A stretch of 64,000 bases of DNA from an uncultured Acidobacteriota bacterium (GCA_963713825.1 CAVQNG010000003.1:1728001-1792000); one strand, 5' to 3'; positions 8,574 through 21,512 are shown, counted from the first letter of the stretch. Made by a program: numbers and translations. Notes: generated by a model from the sequence alone, not told the origin.

Positions 8574-11105
8574 TCAATCCTCCGCAGGAAGGAAGCCCTG
8601 AATCAGGCCGGCAGCCTGTCTCGCAGCCACGGCGAGGTTCTGGTCAGGATCTGTGTCAGCCAGGTCTTCGAGAAAGCCGATATCTTCGCTTCGATGCAGC
8701 TGCCCCAGCTTTTCGATGGCATCGCCTCGCACGGTCAGGCTCGAGTCGTAGGCCATCTCCCGCAGGCGCTGGGCGAGAGCAGGATCGTCGGGTGCGGCTC
8801 GCAGCCAGCCGTCCAGAGCAGCGAGTCGTGCCTGAATGGAATATCTGGAGTCGGTGTAGGGCCGAAAGATGGGGACGAAATCTCTATCCTCCAACTCTGC
8901 GAGACCCAGTAGCGCGCCGATGGTGATCACGTTGCCCCAGGGTGATTCTCTGGAAAGCTGATCTTCCAGGAAGCCACCTGCTCCGGTTGCGCGCATTCGG
9001 CCGAGAGCGAACGCTGCCACTCCTGCGACCTCCGCTGCGGTGTCGGTTTCGACGACGGTCCGCAGGAGCTCTGCCGCCGCGTCGCTACCGACGTCGGCCA
9101 GGGCGAGGGCGGCAGCCCGGCGCACGCGTCGGTCCTTGTTATCCAAGGCGCCTCTGAGGGCCCTTGTGGCCGTGTCACCGCCGATGGCCCCGAGGTCGAG
9201 AGCGACCTCCTGACGCAGCCCCCAGTGCGCGTCTTCGTCGGCCAGGAGCTCTGCCAGGGCTTCGACTGCGCTCATTCGTCGCGGAAAATCCGTTGTGACC
9301 TGACGCGCCGCCTGCAGCTTGGCGGCCAGGTCGCCCTGCTCGAGCTGAAATAGAACCTCATCGAGGGTGCGCGCAATCTCGATGTCGGCAACGAGCCAGT
9401 TTCCCTGGTCGAAGATCACTGCTTGTGGGTGGCTCGCGGAGGGCAGAGTGACCTGAGTCGTCCACTTGTCGAGCAGGATGGTATGTGTCTGGGCGCCCTC
9501 CGCGGTGAGAATCTGGATGTCCACCGGCAGCCGGAACAGGTCTTCGAAAGGCAGGTCGCCTTGCACTTGCTCGACCGTCAAGTCGATCTCCTGCCGCTCA
9601 GGCACCCAGAGATAGGAGACGCTGAGCGCAGGATGGCCGCCACCGCCGACGATCCAGTCCTCGAAGAACCAGGAGAGATTGCGCCCGCTGTGCCTCTCCA
9701 AGGCCCTTTGGAAATCCACTGAGTCCACCTCCGAAAAGGCATGAGATTCGAGATAAGCGCTGAGGGCGCCGAAGAAGATCTCGTCGCCGACGAAGTGGCG
9801 CAGCATATGGAGGACGAGTGACCCTTTGATGTAGGTCGTCTCTTCCTGGTAGATCTCTCCCGGCGCGCTGTACCGAAGGAACTCGAGCGGCCTCACCTCG
9901 CCTGTGCGTCGGACGAAGTCCAGGTAGGCGTGGCGATACCGCCAGCGCTGGTAGGTGAGATCGTCTTCCCCCCTCTCTTGCTCGGTCCACAGGGTATGAG
10001 CGAAAGAAGCGAAGGACTCGTTCAGCCAGATTGAACCGAGCGAGCGGCAGGTGACGAGGTCGCCGAACCAGTGGTGTGCCAGCTCATGGGCGATGGTGTC
10101 TTCGTAGTGCCAGATCGCGCTCGCCTGATCGAAGGTCAAAGAGAGGCTATCTGTAGGGTCGTCGGGATGCCGCGCTTCGGTCTCGCCGAACCCGACCATG
10201 GTCGCGGTCTCCATGGCCCAGTCGAACTCCCTGAGTAAAACCTGGTCGTACTTCGGCCAGGCGTAGGGATACCGGAAACGTTCGGAAAAGAACTCGACCA
10301 TCTTCGGGGTGTTCCGGAATGCGAATCGAGCGGCTTCCTCGCCACCGGCTTCGGTCCACACGCTCAAGGGAACGGCGCGCGAGCCCACTCGAGCTTCTTC
10401 GAGTGGGACTTCGACGAATTGGCCCACATTCAGGGCCAGAAGGTAGTTGGGAATCTCCTCGGTCTGAATCCAGTGAAACGTGCGGCTGCCGTCGGGGTTC
10501 TCGACGACCTCCTCGAGAGCTCCGTTCGAGAGCGCGACGAAGGGATCTGCGACCGTGATTCGGAAATCCACTGCGAAGCGATCGTTGGTGTCGTTGTAGA
10601 GGGGCAGCCAACCATAGTGGATCCCACCTTCCCCATAGTTCCAAGCCTGCGCTGAGCCCTTCTCGGACTCTGGGAAGAAGTACAGTCCCGATTTGGGCTT
10701 ACACGTGTAGGCAATACGAACGGTGAGCGAGTCTCCTGGTTGAGCAGCGCCTGGCATCTCGATGCGGAGTTGACGACCTTCGATCGAATATCGCAGCGTC
10801 GTCGGTTCCGCGGACGAAAGTGGTGACTCGAGAAGGTCGACGGATTCGATGTCGAGATCGGCGGCATCGAGAGAGAGTGACTGCAAGCCGACCCGCAGCG
10901 GGGTCAGTTCGACGCTGACAAGGCCCGCGATCCGCTGGTCTTGCATGTCGATGTCGAACGAACCGGAGAGCTTCCGGATATCGAACGTTCGCTCCCGCAC
11001 GGGCTGCTCGGGACCTTCCGGCAGGTGGTGGCCCGGTGTGACAGCCGCGAGTGGGATCGCGAAGACCAGGGACAGGACCGCAAACGACAAGTTTCGGCGA
11101 ATCAT
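8574..11105 (-). CDS. M1-family zinc aminopeptidase with C-terminal HEAT repeats, secreted
   Basis: HELAHHWFGDLVTC...WLNE (HEXXH-X18-E) and Y.KG.LVLHMLR. HEAT-like repeats (VRRAAALALA) and a signal peptide are present. Confidence 0.9.
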   Translation of the reverse strand: MIRRNLSFAVLSLVFAIPLAAVTPGHHLPEGPEQPVRERTFDIRKLSGSFDIDMQDQRIAGLVSVELTPLRVGLQSLSLDAADLDIESVDLLESPLSSAEPTTLRYSIEGRQLRIEMPGAAQPGDSLTVRIAYTCKPKSGLYFFPESEKGSAQAWNYGEGGIHYGWLPLYNDTNDRFAVDFRITVADPFVALSNGALEEVVENPDGSRTFHWIQTEEIPNYLLALNVGQFVEVPLEEARVGSRAVPLSVWTEAGGEEAARFAFRNTPKMVEFFSERFRYPYAWPKYDQVLLREFDWAMETATMVGFGETEARHPDDPTDSLSLTFDQASAIWHYEDTIAHELAHHWFGDLVTCRSLGSIWLNESFASFAHTLWTEQERGEDDLTYQRWRYRHAYLDFVRRTGEVRPLEFLRYSAPGEIYQEETTYIKGSLVLHMLRHFVGDEIFFGALSAYLESHAFSEVDSVDFQRALERHSGRNLSWFFEDWIVGGGGHPALSVSYLWVPERQEIDLTVEQVQGDLPFEDLFRLPVDIQILTAEGAQTHTILLDKWTTQVTLPSASHPQAVIFDQGNWLVADIEIARTLDEVLFQLEQGDLAAKLQAARQVTTDFPRRMSAVEALAELLADEDAHWGLRQEVALDLGAIGGDTATRALRGALDNKDRRVRRAAALALADVGSDAAAELLRTVVETDTAAEVAGVAAFALGRMRATGAGGFLEDQLSRESPWGNVITIGALLGLAELEDRDFVPIFRPYTDSRYSIQARLAALDGWLRAAPDDPALAQRLREMAYDSSLTVRGDAIEKLGQLHRSEDIGFLEDLADTDPDQNLAVAARQAAGLIQGFLPAED

Positions 11106-11229
11106 CAGGCCCTCCTCGACCGATGCTCGTTGGGATGGGTCGAGACTAAGGGAAGGAGTGCATTAGGGCAACACCTGCTACACTCGGCCGCCAAAATCTC
11201 GACTTTCGATTCGTTTCAGGAGGATTTCT

Positions 11230-12513
11230 ATGCGCCGTCGTGTCTCTGTGTCCAGCACACTGTTCGTGCTGTTGGTGATTGCCCATATCGTCGAAGCCGA
11301 GCCCATTGCAGTGCGGGCGAATCGGATGTTGGACGTCGAAAGCGGTCGGATTCTGGCGCATGCGACGGTTGTCATTGATGGGGACCGCATTGCCGCCGTC
11401 AATCCTGCCGTTGTTCCTCCGGGCACCCGAGTTGTCGAGCTGGGCGACGTCACCCTGCTGCCAGGCCTGATCGACACCCACGTTCACCTGACCGGTTCTG
11501 ATCCGAACTTCCGAGACCTGGTGTTCAGCGAGAACGGCGCCGCCGGGGCATTGCGCGGGGCGGCCAATGCCCAGACGACCTTGATGGCTGGCTTTACGAC
11601 GGTACGGGACCTGGCTCAGCTCCATCCGACGCTGGACCTGATCACCGTGGCGCTCGCAGAAGCCAGTGAGGCTGGGACCATCGCTGCGCCCCACATCATC
11701 GCCTGCGGACACGCCCTCAGCATCACGGGCGGCCATATCGACCCCGCCATGTTCGTCAGCAGCGCCGAGGGCGTGTTGGAGCTGGGTCCCGAGTTCGGGA
11801 TCGCCGATGGTGTCGAAGAGGTCGTCAAGGCGACCCGGTACCAGATCAAACACGGAGCGAAGGTCATCAAGATCTCCGCCACCGCCGGAGTCATGTCCCT
11901 GGAGGGCAGCGTCGGTGCCCAGCAGTACTCGGAGGCCGAGATGACAGCAATCGTCGAAGAAGCGACTCGCCACGGAATCAAAGTCGCGGCACACGCGCAC
12001 GGCATCGAGGGTATCAACGCGGCGATCCGGGCCGGCGTTGCATCGATCGAGCACGGCTCGCTGCTCGACGAGGAGAGCATCCGGATGATGAGGGAGCGGG
12101 GTACCTACCTGGTGCTCACCGCCGCGCTCGCCGACATCATGCAGCTCGACGGTCTGCCGACGCCAGTGCGCGAGAAGGCCGAATACGTGATGCCACTCGC
12201 CAAAGAGAATCACGCAGCCGCGATCGCTGCAGGGGTGAAGATCGCCATGGGCTCCGACGCACCGCTGGTGCCACACGGTGAGAACGGTCGAGAGATCGTC
12301 ACCATGGTCGACCTGGGGATGACACCGGCAGAGGCCCTGCGCGCGGCCACCGTGAACGCGGCGGATCTGCTCGGCACCCCCGACCGGGGACGTATCGAAG
12401 AGGGGCTACTGGCCGATCTGATTGCGGTCTCCGGCGACCCTCTACAGGATATCGAGCGGGTCCTCGATGTGCGGTTTGTGATGAAGGCCGGTGAGATCTA
12501 CGTCCAACCGTGA
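11230..12513 (+). CDS. Metal-dependent amidohydrolase (Xaa-Pro dipeptidase/prolidase-like), secreted
   Basis: Motifs [44 protein letters not shown] and G.LADLIAV.GDPL. Signal peptide present. Confidence 0.9.
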   Translation: MRRRVSVSSTLFVLLVIAHIVEAEPIAVRANRMLDVESGRILAHATVVIDGDRIAAVNPAVVPPGTRVVELGDVTLLPGLIDTHVHLTGSDPNFRDLVFSENGAAGALRGAANAQTTLMAGFTTVRDLAQLHPTLDLITVALAEASEAGTIAAPHIIACGHALSITGGHIDPAMFVSSAEGVLELGPEFGIADGVEEVVKATRYQIKHGAKVIKISATAGVMSLEGSVGAQQYSEAEMTAIVEEATRHGIKVAAHAHGIEGINAAIRAGVASIEHGSLLDEESIRMMRERGTYLVLTAALADIMQLDGLPTPVREKAEYVMPLAKENHAAAIAAGVKIAMGSDAPLVPHGENGREIVTMVDLGMTPAEALRAATVNAADLLGTPDRGRIEEGLLADLIAVSGDPLQDIERVLDVRFVMKAGEIYVQP

Positions 12514-12545
12514 CGCTTTTTCCGGCGGCGAGTCGGTATCCGTTC

Positions 12546-13862
12546 TTAGTTTCCTGTCGGGTCCTTGATCGAGCTCAAGGCCTGGCGCACGAAGCGGGAC
12601 TTCACCTGCTCGGTGGCCAGGAGCTTCTGGCTCACAGGCAGCCGATTGAGTGTTTGCAACACCTGATTCAGGAACTGACTGCCCCTACCGCCGCCTTCGT
12701 CGAAGAGCAGGTGGGGCAGCTTGCCCCTTTCGATGGCCATCCTCAAGGCGCGCTCGAGGCTGTTGGCGGGAATGTAGCGGAGTCTGTCCGAGCGCTCCAT
12801 TCCCAGGGCATCGACCTTGCACGAATGGGAGCAGACGCCGCAGCCGATGCAGCGCTCTTCGTCGATCTCGGGCAGTAGCGCGCTTTTGCGTTGAGCACTG
12901 ACGCGCTCGGGGACCATGGTGATCGCTCCGACTGGACATTCCCTGGCACAGCGCGAGCACCCCTTGCAGAGCTCCTGGTCCAGCTCGGGAGCGAAGCCGC
13001 TGGGCACGACCGCAGGTAGGTCGAACTCGTTGATTGCACTGAGCTGGCCGCAACAGCAGCTGCAGCAGTTGCAGATGTAGGTCGGCCGATTGCGGACGTT
13101 GTCGGCGATCTGGACGAGCCCCTTATCGCGGGATTCGGTGAGAATCTGCTCAGCCTCTTCCTTCTCGATCTTGCGGCCGAAACCCCGCCGTACCACGAAG
13201 GTAGCTCCACCGTTGAGGGACAGGCAGACCTCCTTCGGAGCGTCGCAATCCGTTCCCAGATGTTCGGCCTTGTGACGGCAGTAGCAATAGGAGACGGCGA
13301 TCTCCTTGGCGTCGTCGATGACAGCCGTGGCGCGCTCCCAGTCGAGGACTTCCGGAAGCGGGTCGCCGGCGAGCTGGTCCTCGTTGACCATCGCACGGCC
13401 CATCACAGTCTCGCCCGAGAAGACCTCGCGGGCAAAGGTGTCGTCGCCGTGCATGTAGGCCTCCATCGCCTGCGCCAGCTCGTCTCGCGGGAAATCCTCG
13501 TGGGCGCGCATGAAGCTGAACTCGAAGAAGCCGATCACTGGGGGTGCCAGCAGGTATCGTGTCTCCCCGGTCTTGGGGTTCACCAGATCCATCACAAGTC
13601 CCTTGTCGCACAGCGGCTCCAGCTTCGGCTCCAACTCTGCGGGGGTCATGCCGACTCGCTTGGCAATTCCCTCCAGCTTGGCGGGACGTACCGGCATCTG
13701 CGCCGCCAGCGCCGCTTCCTCAGGTGTGAACAGGATCTCCAGAATCCGCTGCCAGCTGTCTCTCGCTTTCTCGTCAGTGGGCTCGGGCATACTCACCAAA
13801 CCGGCGTCGAGCCGATGCAGCAGCGATTGATATTCTGTCTTCAGGTGGCCGAGGTGCCCCAT
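12546..13862 (-). CDS. Multi-[4Fe-4S] ferredoxin-domain protein
   Basis: Two CxxCxxCxxxC motifs (CKGCSRCARECP, CIGCGVCSHSC), plus CYCRH and an ICNCCSCCCG cysteine cluster. The N-terminal segment is HTH-like. Confidence 0.85.
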   Translation of the reverse strand: MGHLGHLKTEYQSLLHRLDAGLVSMPEPTDEKARDSWQRILEILFTPEEAALAAQMPVRPAKLEGIAKRVGMTPAELEPKLEPLCDKGLVMDLVNPKTGETRYLLAPPVIGFFEFSFMRAHEDFPRDELAQAMEAYMHGDDTFAREVFSGETVMGRAMVNEDQLAGDPLPEVLDWERATAVIDDAKEIAVSYCYCRHKAEHLGTDCDAPKEVCLSLNGGATFVVRRGFGRKIEKEEAEQILTESRDKGLVQIADNVRNRPTYICNCCSCCCGQLSAINEFDLPAVVPSGFAPELDQELCKGCSRCARECPVGAITMVPERVSAQRKSALLPEIDEERCIGCGVCSHSCKVDALGMERSDRLRYIPANSLERALRMAIERGKLPHLLFDEGGGRGSQFLNQVLQTLNRLPVSQKLLATEQVKSRFVRQALSSIKDPTGN

Positions 13863-13968
13863 GGTGTCCTCCCGGGAACAAGCCGCGATTCAGCGCGGCG
13901 TTCAGGTGCGGATCACCTGATTTTCTATGCTGAACAGCTGGAAGGGAACACCCGTAAGGGTAGGACGC

Positions 13969-16650
<2,682 letters not shown>

Positions 16651-16752
16651 GTTCCGACTCCTCCTGCTCGTTCTGGTGCTCAGATTTCGGGAGTTGGTTC
16701 TCCCCCCAGCGACGGATTTCGCCAGCCCTTGTTGGGGCCTGACGAGATCTTC

Positions 16753-17031
16753 CTACCCGGTGTGGCTCGCCAGGATCTCGTCGACCTCTTCCATCGTGAA
16801 CTTTGTGAGCTGAACCACGTGAGCCTTCTCCCGATGCGGTGGAGGGACGATCATTCTCGCCTCTTCCCTGTCACTCGCGTCGACGATCAACCAGGCCCGG
16901 TGATCGCCATCCTTGCAGCCCCAGTCCGCATTCGTCAGGTAGTGGGAGCCTGTTTCCAGAAACGTCTGGACGACACGCGCGCAGGCGACGACTTCCTCTT
17001 CATGAGGTACCTCGATCAGGAACCGGTCCAT
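16753..17031 (-). CDS. Small hypothetical protein (His/Cys-containing, probable ferredoxin-like alpha/beta fold)
   Basis: 92-aa ORF with an SD-like AAAGGA upstream and a natural-looking sequence (FLIEVPH...C...WGCKDGDH.AW). Confidence 0.7.
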   Translation of the reverse strand: MDRFLIEVPHEEEVVACARVVQTFLETGSHYLTNADWGCKDGDHRAWLIVDASDREEARMIVPPPHREKAHVVQLTKFTMEEVDEILASHTG

Positions 17032-17139
17032 ACGGCAAGTCCTTTCTGTCGAAATCCGCTGGGACTATACACCCTGTCGCCATGGGGAACGAAACGCCGC
17101 TAGGCTCGCTGCCCGGCGCCGCTCACAACGGGTGAGGGG

Positions 17140-17469
17140 CTACTTGGAGGGAAGCGACCGGGCGAAGCGCACACCGCGATCGACCCAGGCCTGGAGGTCG
17201 CCCGGCGAATCGAAACCCCGCCGATCCACCATCACCATGCCCTTCAATGGCCGGCCGGTGAAATCGCATTCGCGGGCAAAGGGGACCCTGAGGGCATCTT
17301 CATAGTGGTCGGCGCCGACGCGGACGACGAGAATGTCGTTGCTGACTCCGCAGGCCATGTGGCCGTTGACCATGAAGGTCAATCCGCCGAACATCCTCTT
17401 CTCCTCGACCTCGACTCGATCTTCGAGAAGGTCACGGATTCGCGTCACGAGCTCTTCGTTGTAGGCCAT
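17140..17469 (-). CDS. TfoX/Sxy N-terminal domain protein
   Basis: MAYNEEL..RIR..L, EKRMFGGLTFMVNGHMACGV and FTGRPLKGMV.V. Confidence 0.88.
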   Translation of the reverse strand: MAYNEELVTRIRDLLEDRVEVEEKRMFGGLTFMVNGHMACGVSNDILVVRVGADHYEDALRVPFARECDFTGRPLKGMVMVDRRGFDSPGDLQAWVDRGVRFARSLPSK

Positions 17470-17746
17470 GTTTCGAGTGCTCTTGGTACCGACAGCTTCA
17501 GTAGGTGCTCTCGCATCAGACGGGAGCAATTCAGCCTCTGAATTCTGCTATCCGCCGCTAGGGCTCGCCCTGAGTCTACCGCATGGCCGCCAGGGCACTT
17601 TCGATCGCGATCGTGGACGGTGGGTGCAGGCAGACCTAGTCCAGCGAGAACCACGGTCCCCGCTGCTTGGTGTGGTCGAGGACAATCTCGGCGAAGCCTT
17701 CGACGACCATCCATCCACCGGTCTTCGTCGACTAGTATTGAAAGCC

Positions 17747-18211
17747 ATGTGGAACCTTCGGAATGGCATTCCATTTGGAAGAGGTCTCTTAGAGAGCTTT
17801 TCATGGGTCCTGGTGCTCATCGGCCTGGCTTGCAGTGCTCCTGCGGCGGACGAAACTCGGCATGCGGAGAATTCGGAGGAGGCCGTTATAGAGGAGTCGA
17901 GTCAGTACGATCCCGGATTGGAGCCGTTCGTGGTGATGGCCAAAGAAGACCTCGCGGAGCGGCTGGAGGTCGGTGTGGAAATCATCGAAGTTGTCGAGGC
18001 CGAGCTGGTCGTCTGGCCGGACGCCAGCATGGGGTGCCCCGATCCGGACATGATGTACATCCAGGTGCCACAGGACGGTAGCCGCATACGGCTACGAGTC
18101 GAGGAAGCAGTCTTCGAATACCACAGCGGTGGCGACCGGATGCCGTTTCTGTGTGAGGATCCCACTCCTCCCGCCACCTCGCCGAAGGAACCCGACGCCG
18201 AATCCAACTGA
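17747..18211 (+). CDS. Hypothetical lipoprotein (WPDASMGCP motif family)
   Basis: Lipobox-like IGLAC. A...LAERL, VVWPDASMGCP.P.MMY.QV...G.RI.L and EYH resemble a recurrent uncharacterised family. Confidence 0.75.
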   Translation: MWNLRNGIPFGRGLLESFSWVLVLIGLACSAPAADETRHAENSEEAVIEESSQYDPGLEPFVVMAKEDLAERLEVGVEIIEVVEAELVVWPDASMGCPDPDMMYIQVPQDGSRIRLRVEEAVFEYHSGGDRMPFLCEDPTPPATSPKEPDAESN

Positions 18212-18235
18212 GCTGGCCCCAGGATCGTCTTGGGA

Positions 18236-18271
18236 CAAAGAAACGCCCCCGGGAGGGTGGTCCCGGGGGCG
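18236..18271 (-). terminator. Intrinsic terminator of the subtilase gene (possibly bidirectional)
   Basis: CGCCCCCGGGA-GGGTGG-TCCCGGGGGCG forms an 11-bp stem, followed on the minus strand by TTTCTTTG. It lies between convergent genes. Confidence 0.75.
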
Positions 18272-18304
18272 ATAGGTTTCATGTTGCCAATTTCAGGACC
18301 GCGG

Positions 18305-21300
18305 CTACTTGCTTGGTCCGAACCCCGACTGTGGACGGGCCGTGGGAAACCTGAGATCGACATCGATCAGGGTCAGACACATCAGGCCTATGTCACCCGT
18401 GTGCGATACAGCGCCCAGGTGCCAATCGGCCAATGTTCCGTCCCAGAGATTGAACCAGCTCACATCGATGGTTCCCGTGGCACCGAGGGTCGCTGCCGAC
18501 GGAGCCGAATCGATCTTCAGGCTTCCACCCGAAGCGAGGGGAATATCCCAGGCATAGAGGTAGTAGTCCGAGTCTCCACCTGGAGTGGACCAACCGTGGA
18601 CCCAAACCGTCCAGGTGCCATCCATCGGCAGCAGAATATTGATTTGCTCATCGGTGCCACCCTCTGTGCTCGTTGCCGCGAGGTTTCCCAGCGGGTCGTA
18701 CAGGTAGAGGTCGAGATCTGCATCGGCCTCGGTCGCATCCGGTGGCATTGAGAACCGCAGGTAGGCAGAACCGCTCACTGGGAGTGGATGCGGATTGCTG
18801 AAGCCGTCACCTGGGTCGAAGGTCTGATCCGGGTCCTGCAGCACGTTGTCGTGAGTGACGATCGCCGGAATGAAACCGTGTGGGGCTGCGGTATAGCTGC
18901 CCGTGTAGCCGAACATCACGTCGAAACTCAGATCGCTTGTCGTGCCGTATCCCTCGAGCTCTTCGGGGCAATAGAACAGCGACGCGTTCACTGCGATCGG
19001 ACTGTAGACTTCGTAGTGTCCTGTCTTGTCCTTCCAGGTCAGCGAACCGAATCGCCACTCGCCGATCGGGGCACCCACGTTGGTGATGGTCACCTCGTAG
19101 GTGGCCGTCTGGCCACGCTTCAATTTGAATTTCGAAGGGCTGACAGTCACCTCGTAGCCGGGAGGTGCATCGACTTCTGCGTGGTACTTGCGCCATCCCT
19201 GTTCCATGGCCACGCTGGTCACGGTCCTTGTCACGGTCTGCCGTCCTGGCAGCTCGTAGATGCCGATGGAGGGAAGGTTCAGGTCGCTCGGGTCCGAGGG
19301 GACACCGATCGATTCCAAGAAGTCGCAGCTGCCAGGTGTGAAGACATCCCACTCCATGCCACACGTGAAGGCTGCGTACTCGAACAGGCCCGCGTCATAC
19401 GCCAGCCCCGGATGAACGATGGAGCCCTTCCTCCACTTGCCGCCCGGGTTGATGTGTCCCGCGCCCATGTCGAAGGGGTCGGCCGGGCTGACGCGGTCGT
19501 TGTCGACCACGTCCTGGTAGGCCGTCGTCATCATGGCCGACCTGGCCATGGCGGCGCTCCAGTGGGGTCTCGCCTGCTTGATCAGGGCGAAGATGCCAGC
19601 CACATGGGGGCTCGACATCGAGGTGCCCTGGATCGCCTGGAACAGCTCTCCTTGAATAGCCGAGCTTTCAAGGGGTGTTGGAGTGTTGCCGGCGAGGATC
19701 TGAACTCCCGGTGCGGTGATGTCGGGCTTGATGATGTCCGGGGACACCGGATTGGGTCCCCGCGAAGAGAAGTACGCCATCGACGGGGCATAGGGCCACT
19801 CGCTGTACTCCTCCGCTACGATCTCGGCAGTTGGGCTGGTTGCTGCGGCGATATAGGCCTTGATCGCCAGGCCCGGTGTTTGATCGATGTGGACCGTCGG
19901 GGTCCAATGCGAATCGCTGGCCAGATTGTCGACATCGCTGTTGTTGTAGAAGATCGTCCCGACTCCTCCTGCCATGTAGACAGCCTGGCTCTTTGCGGCG
20001 CGGGCGGAGCCCCCGCGGCGGCAGAGCACGATCTTGCCGGTAACATCAGCAGGATTCAGCGTTCCCGGAAGGCACAAGTCACCGCCGGCGAACTCGGCAT
20101 CCACCAATGGGGCCTCGGCCGCACCAGGCGTGATTGACGCACCCACGTACTCGGTTCCATCACCGAGCACCACCGTTGCCTGGAAGAAGCGACTCTGGGT
20201 GTTCGCTCCCACCGTGGTCATCCAGGGCATGGTGCCCGGGTTGCCCAGCGTTGCCGCGCCGGGTCCGGCATTGCCCGCCGACGTCGCAACGAACACGTCC
20301 GCTGCAGCGGCGAACAAGAAGGCTATTTCGTCAGCGCCGGGTGGCCCGGCCCCACCACCAACGGAGTAGTTGATTACGTCCACACCGTCGAACACGGCCT
20401 GATCGATCGCGGCCGCCAGATCCGATGTGAAACCGCCCAGATCGCCAAGTCCCTTGTAGGCCACGACATGAGCTCGGGGTGCCATGCCCGACACCAGTCC
20501 ACGGGGAATGCCGTAGATCGATGCAAAGACGCCGCCGTTTCCAGCTGCGGTCGAGGCGGTATGGGACCCGTGACCATTGTCGTCCCGGGCCGAGTCGTAC
20601 TCGGCCGGATCGGCACCGATAAGGGATCGATAGGTGTCCAGCATCTGGCGTGCGCCAATCAACTTGTTGTTGCAGGTAAAGGGCGCATCGTTGGGATTAT
20701 GGACGGTATTGCCAAATTCGCAGTTCGGCCTCGAATCGTCCAACTCGATCGGAGGCTCTGGAAAACTCCCGTCGTCCGCAAAGCTGGGATGCTCCGGCCA
20801 GATTCCGGAGTCGATGACGCCGACCACGACTCCCTCGCCGTCGAATCCCTTTAGCCAGGCACCTCCGGCGTCCGTCAAACCCAGGAAGCTCGGGCTGGAG
20901 TCGGTCTGCGCAAAGCGCATCACGTCGGGCTTGACCGCGAGAACGTCCTTCTGAGTCGCCACCGAAAGGGCCTGCTCATGGCTCATCATGGCGGCATAGC
21001 CGTTCAGTGCGACGGTGTAGCTGTGGATTTTGGCTCCCGGCCGGATCCCTGCGGCCTCAAGGGAAGCTTCGTGTGTCGCCTTCAGATGCTCAGCGTACTT
21101 TCCGACCCGAAAGCTCTTGGGATTCAGCTTCTTGCCCTTGCCGGGCTTCGTCGCCTTGAATCCGGCCTCGTCCCCTTTGTAGGCGATGACCGGATCCTGA
21201 GCCATCAAGACAATGTAGACACCGTACTCGCTCTTCTCGACGCCCTCCTGGCGTCCCAGCAGGTCGATGTCCGGGGCGTCGGTTTGCTCGGCGAGTACAG

Positions 21301-21361
21301 CCCCCGGTAGGAGGACCGCTACGGCGAGCAGCAGACTGAGCAACCGCGTGTTCCGGTTCAT
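18305..21361 (-). CDS. S8 subtilase, plant/cucumisin-like architecture (I9 propeptide, PA domain, Fn3-like, C-terminal PPC-like domain)
   Basis: Catalytic VGVIDSGIWPEHPSF, GHGSHTASTAAG and GTSMSSPHVAG. CNNKLIGAR and the PA motif GKIVLCRRG are present. Signal peptide, with SD AAAGGAGAGG before ATG 21361. Confidence 0.95.
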   Translation of the reverse strand: MNRNTRLLSLLLAVAVLLPGAVLAEQTDAPDIDLLGRQEGVEKSEYGVYIVLMAQDPVIAYKGDEAGFKATKPGKGKKLNPKSFRVGKYAEHLKATHEASLEAAGIRPGAKIHSYTVALNGYAAMMSHEQALSVATQKDVLAVKPDVMRFAQTDSSPSFLGLTDAGGAWLKGFDGEGVVVGVIDSGIWPEHPSFADDGSFPEPPIELDDSRPNCEFGNTVHNPNDAPFTCNNKLIGARQMLDTYRSLIGADPAEYDSARDDNGHGSHTASTAAGNGGVFASIYGIPRGLVSGMAPRAHVVAYKGLGDLGGFTSDLAAAIDQAVFDGVDVINYSVGGGAGPPGADEIAFLFAAAADVFVATSAGNAGPGAATLGNPGTMPWMTTVGANTQSRFFQATVVLGDGTEYVGASITPGAAEAPLVDAEFAGGDLCLPGTLNPADVTGKIVLCRRGGSARAAKSQAVYMAGGVGTIFYNNSDVDNLASDSHWTPTVHIDQTPGLAIKAYIAAATSPTAEIVAEEYSEWPYAPSMAYFSSRGPNPVSPDIIKPDITAPGVQILAGNTPTPLESSAIQGELFQAIQGTSMSSPHVAGIFALIKQARPHWSAAMARSAMMTTAYQDVVDNDRVSPADPFDMGAGHINPGGKWRKGSIVHPGLAYDAGLFEYAAFTCGMEWDVFTPGSCDFLESIGVPSDPSDLNLPSIGIYELPGRQTVTRTVTSVAMEQGWRKYHAEVDAPPGYEVTVSPSKFKLKRGQTATYEVTITNVGAPIGEWRFGSLTWKDKTGHYEVYSPIAVNASLFYCPEELEGYGTTSDLSFDVMFGYTGSYTAAPHGFIPAIVTHDNVLQDPDQTFDPGDGFSNPHPLPVSGSAYLRFSMPPDATEADADLDLYLYDPLGNLAATSTEGGTDEQINILLPMDGTWTVWVHGWSTPGGDSDYYLYAWDIPLASGGSLKIDSAPSAATLGATGTIDVSWFNLWDGTLADWHLGAVSHTGDIGLMCLTLIDVDLRFPTARPQSGFGPSK

Positions 21362-21409
21362 GGAAACCTCTCCTTTCTGTTGGTTGTCCGAAAAGACAGC
21401 TCTTCCCAC

Positions 21410-21512
21410 TGCCTTCGGTAGCCCGGCGGTCTTGGGATCCTAGGGGGATCGAGGAAGCGAGGATCCGTGGCTTTGTGCCCCCTGGTTTCCCAGGGTTTAC
21501 CCTTGTCGAGGT
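21410..21512 (-). ncRNA. c-di-GMP-I (GEMM) riboswitch upstream of the subtilase
   Basis: The minus strand reads ...CGACAAGGGTAAACCCTGG-GAAA-CCAGGGGGCACAAAGCCACGGATCC...GGATCCCAAGACCGCCGGGCTACCGAA. This shows the GYAAA motif, the GAAA-capped P2, the CAAAG junction and the CCGGG.TACCGA 3' end of the class I consensus, ~50 nt before the start codon. Confidence 0.85.

Noticed and set aside
17530-17740. Possible gene remnant on the minus strand (…TGGWMVVEGFAE…, interrupted by stops)
   Set aside because: It faintly resembles a methyltransferase C-terminus but is too short to support a pseudogene call.
21410-21512. 3',3'-cGAMP-selective GEMM-Ib riboswitch variant
   Set aside because: The discriminating position appears to be G, not A, so it is called as the c-di-GMP type.
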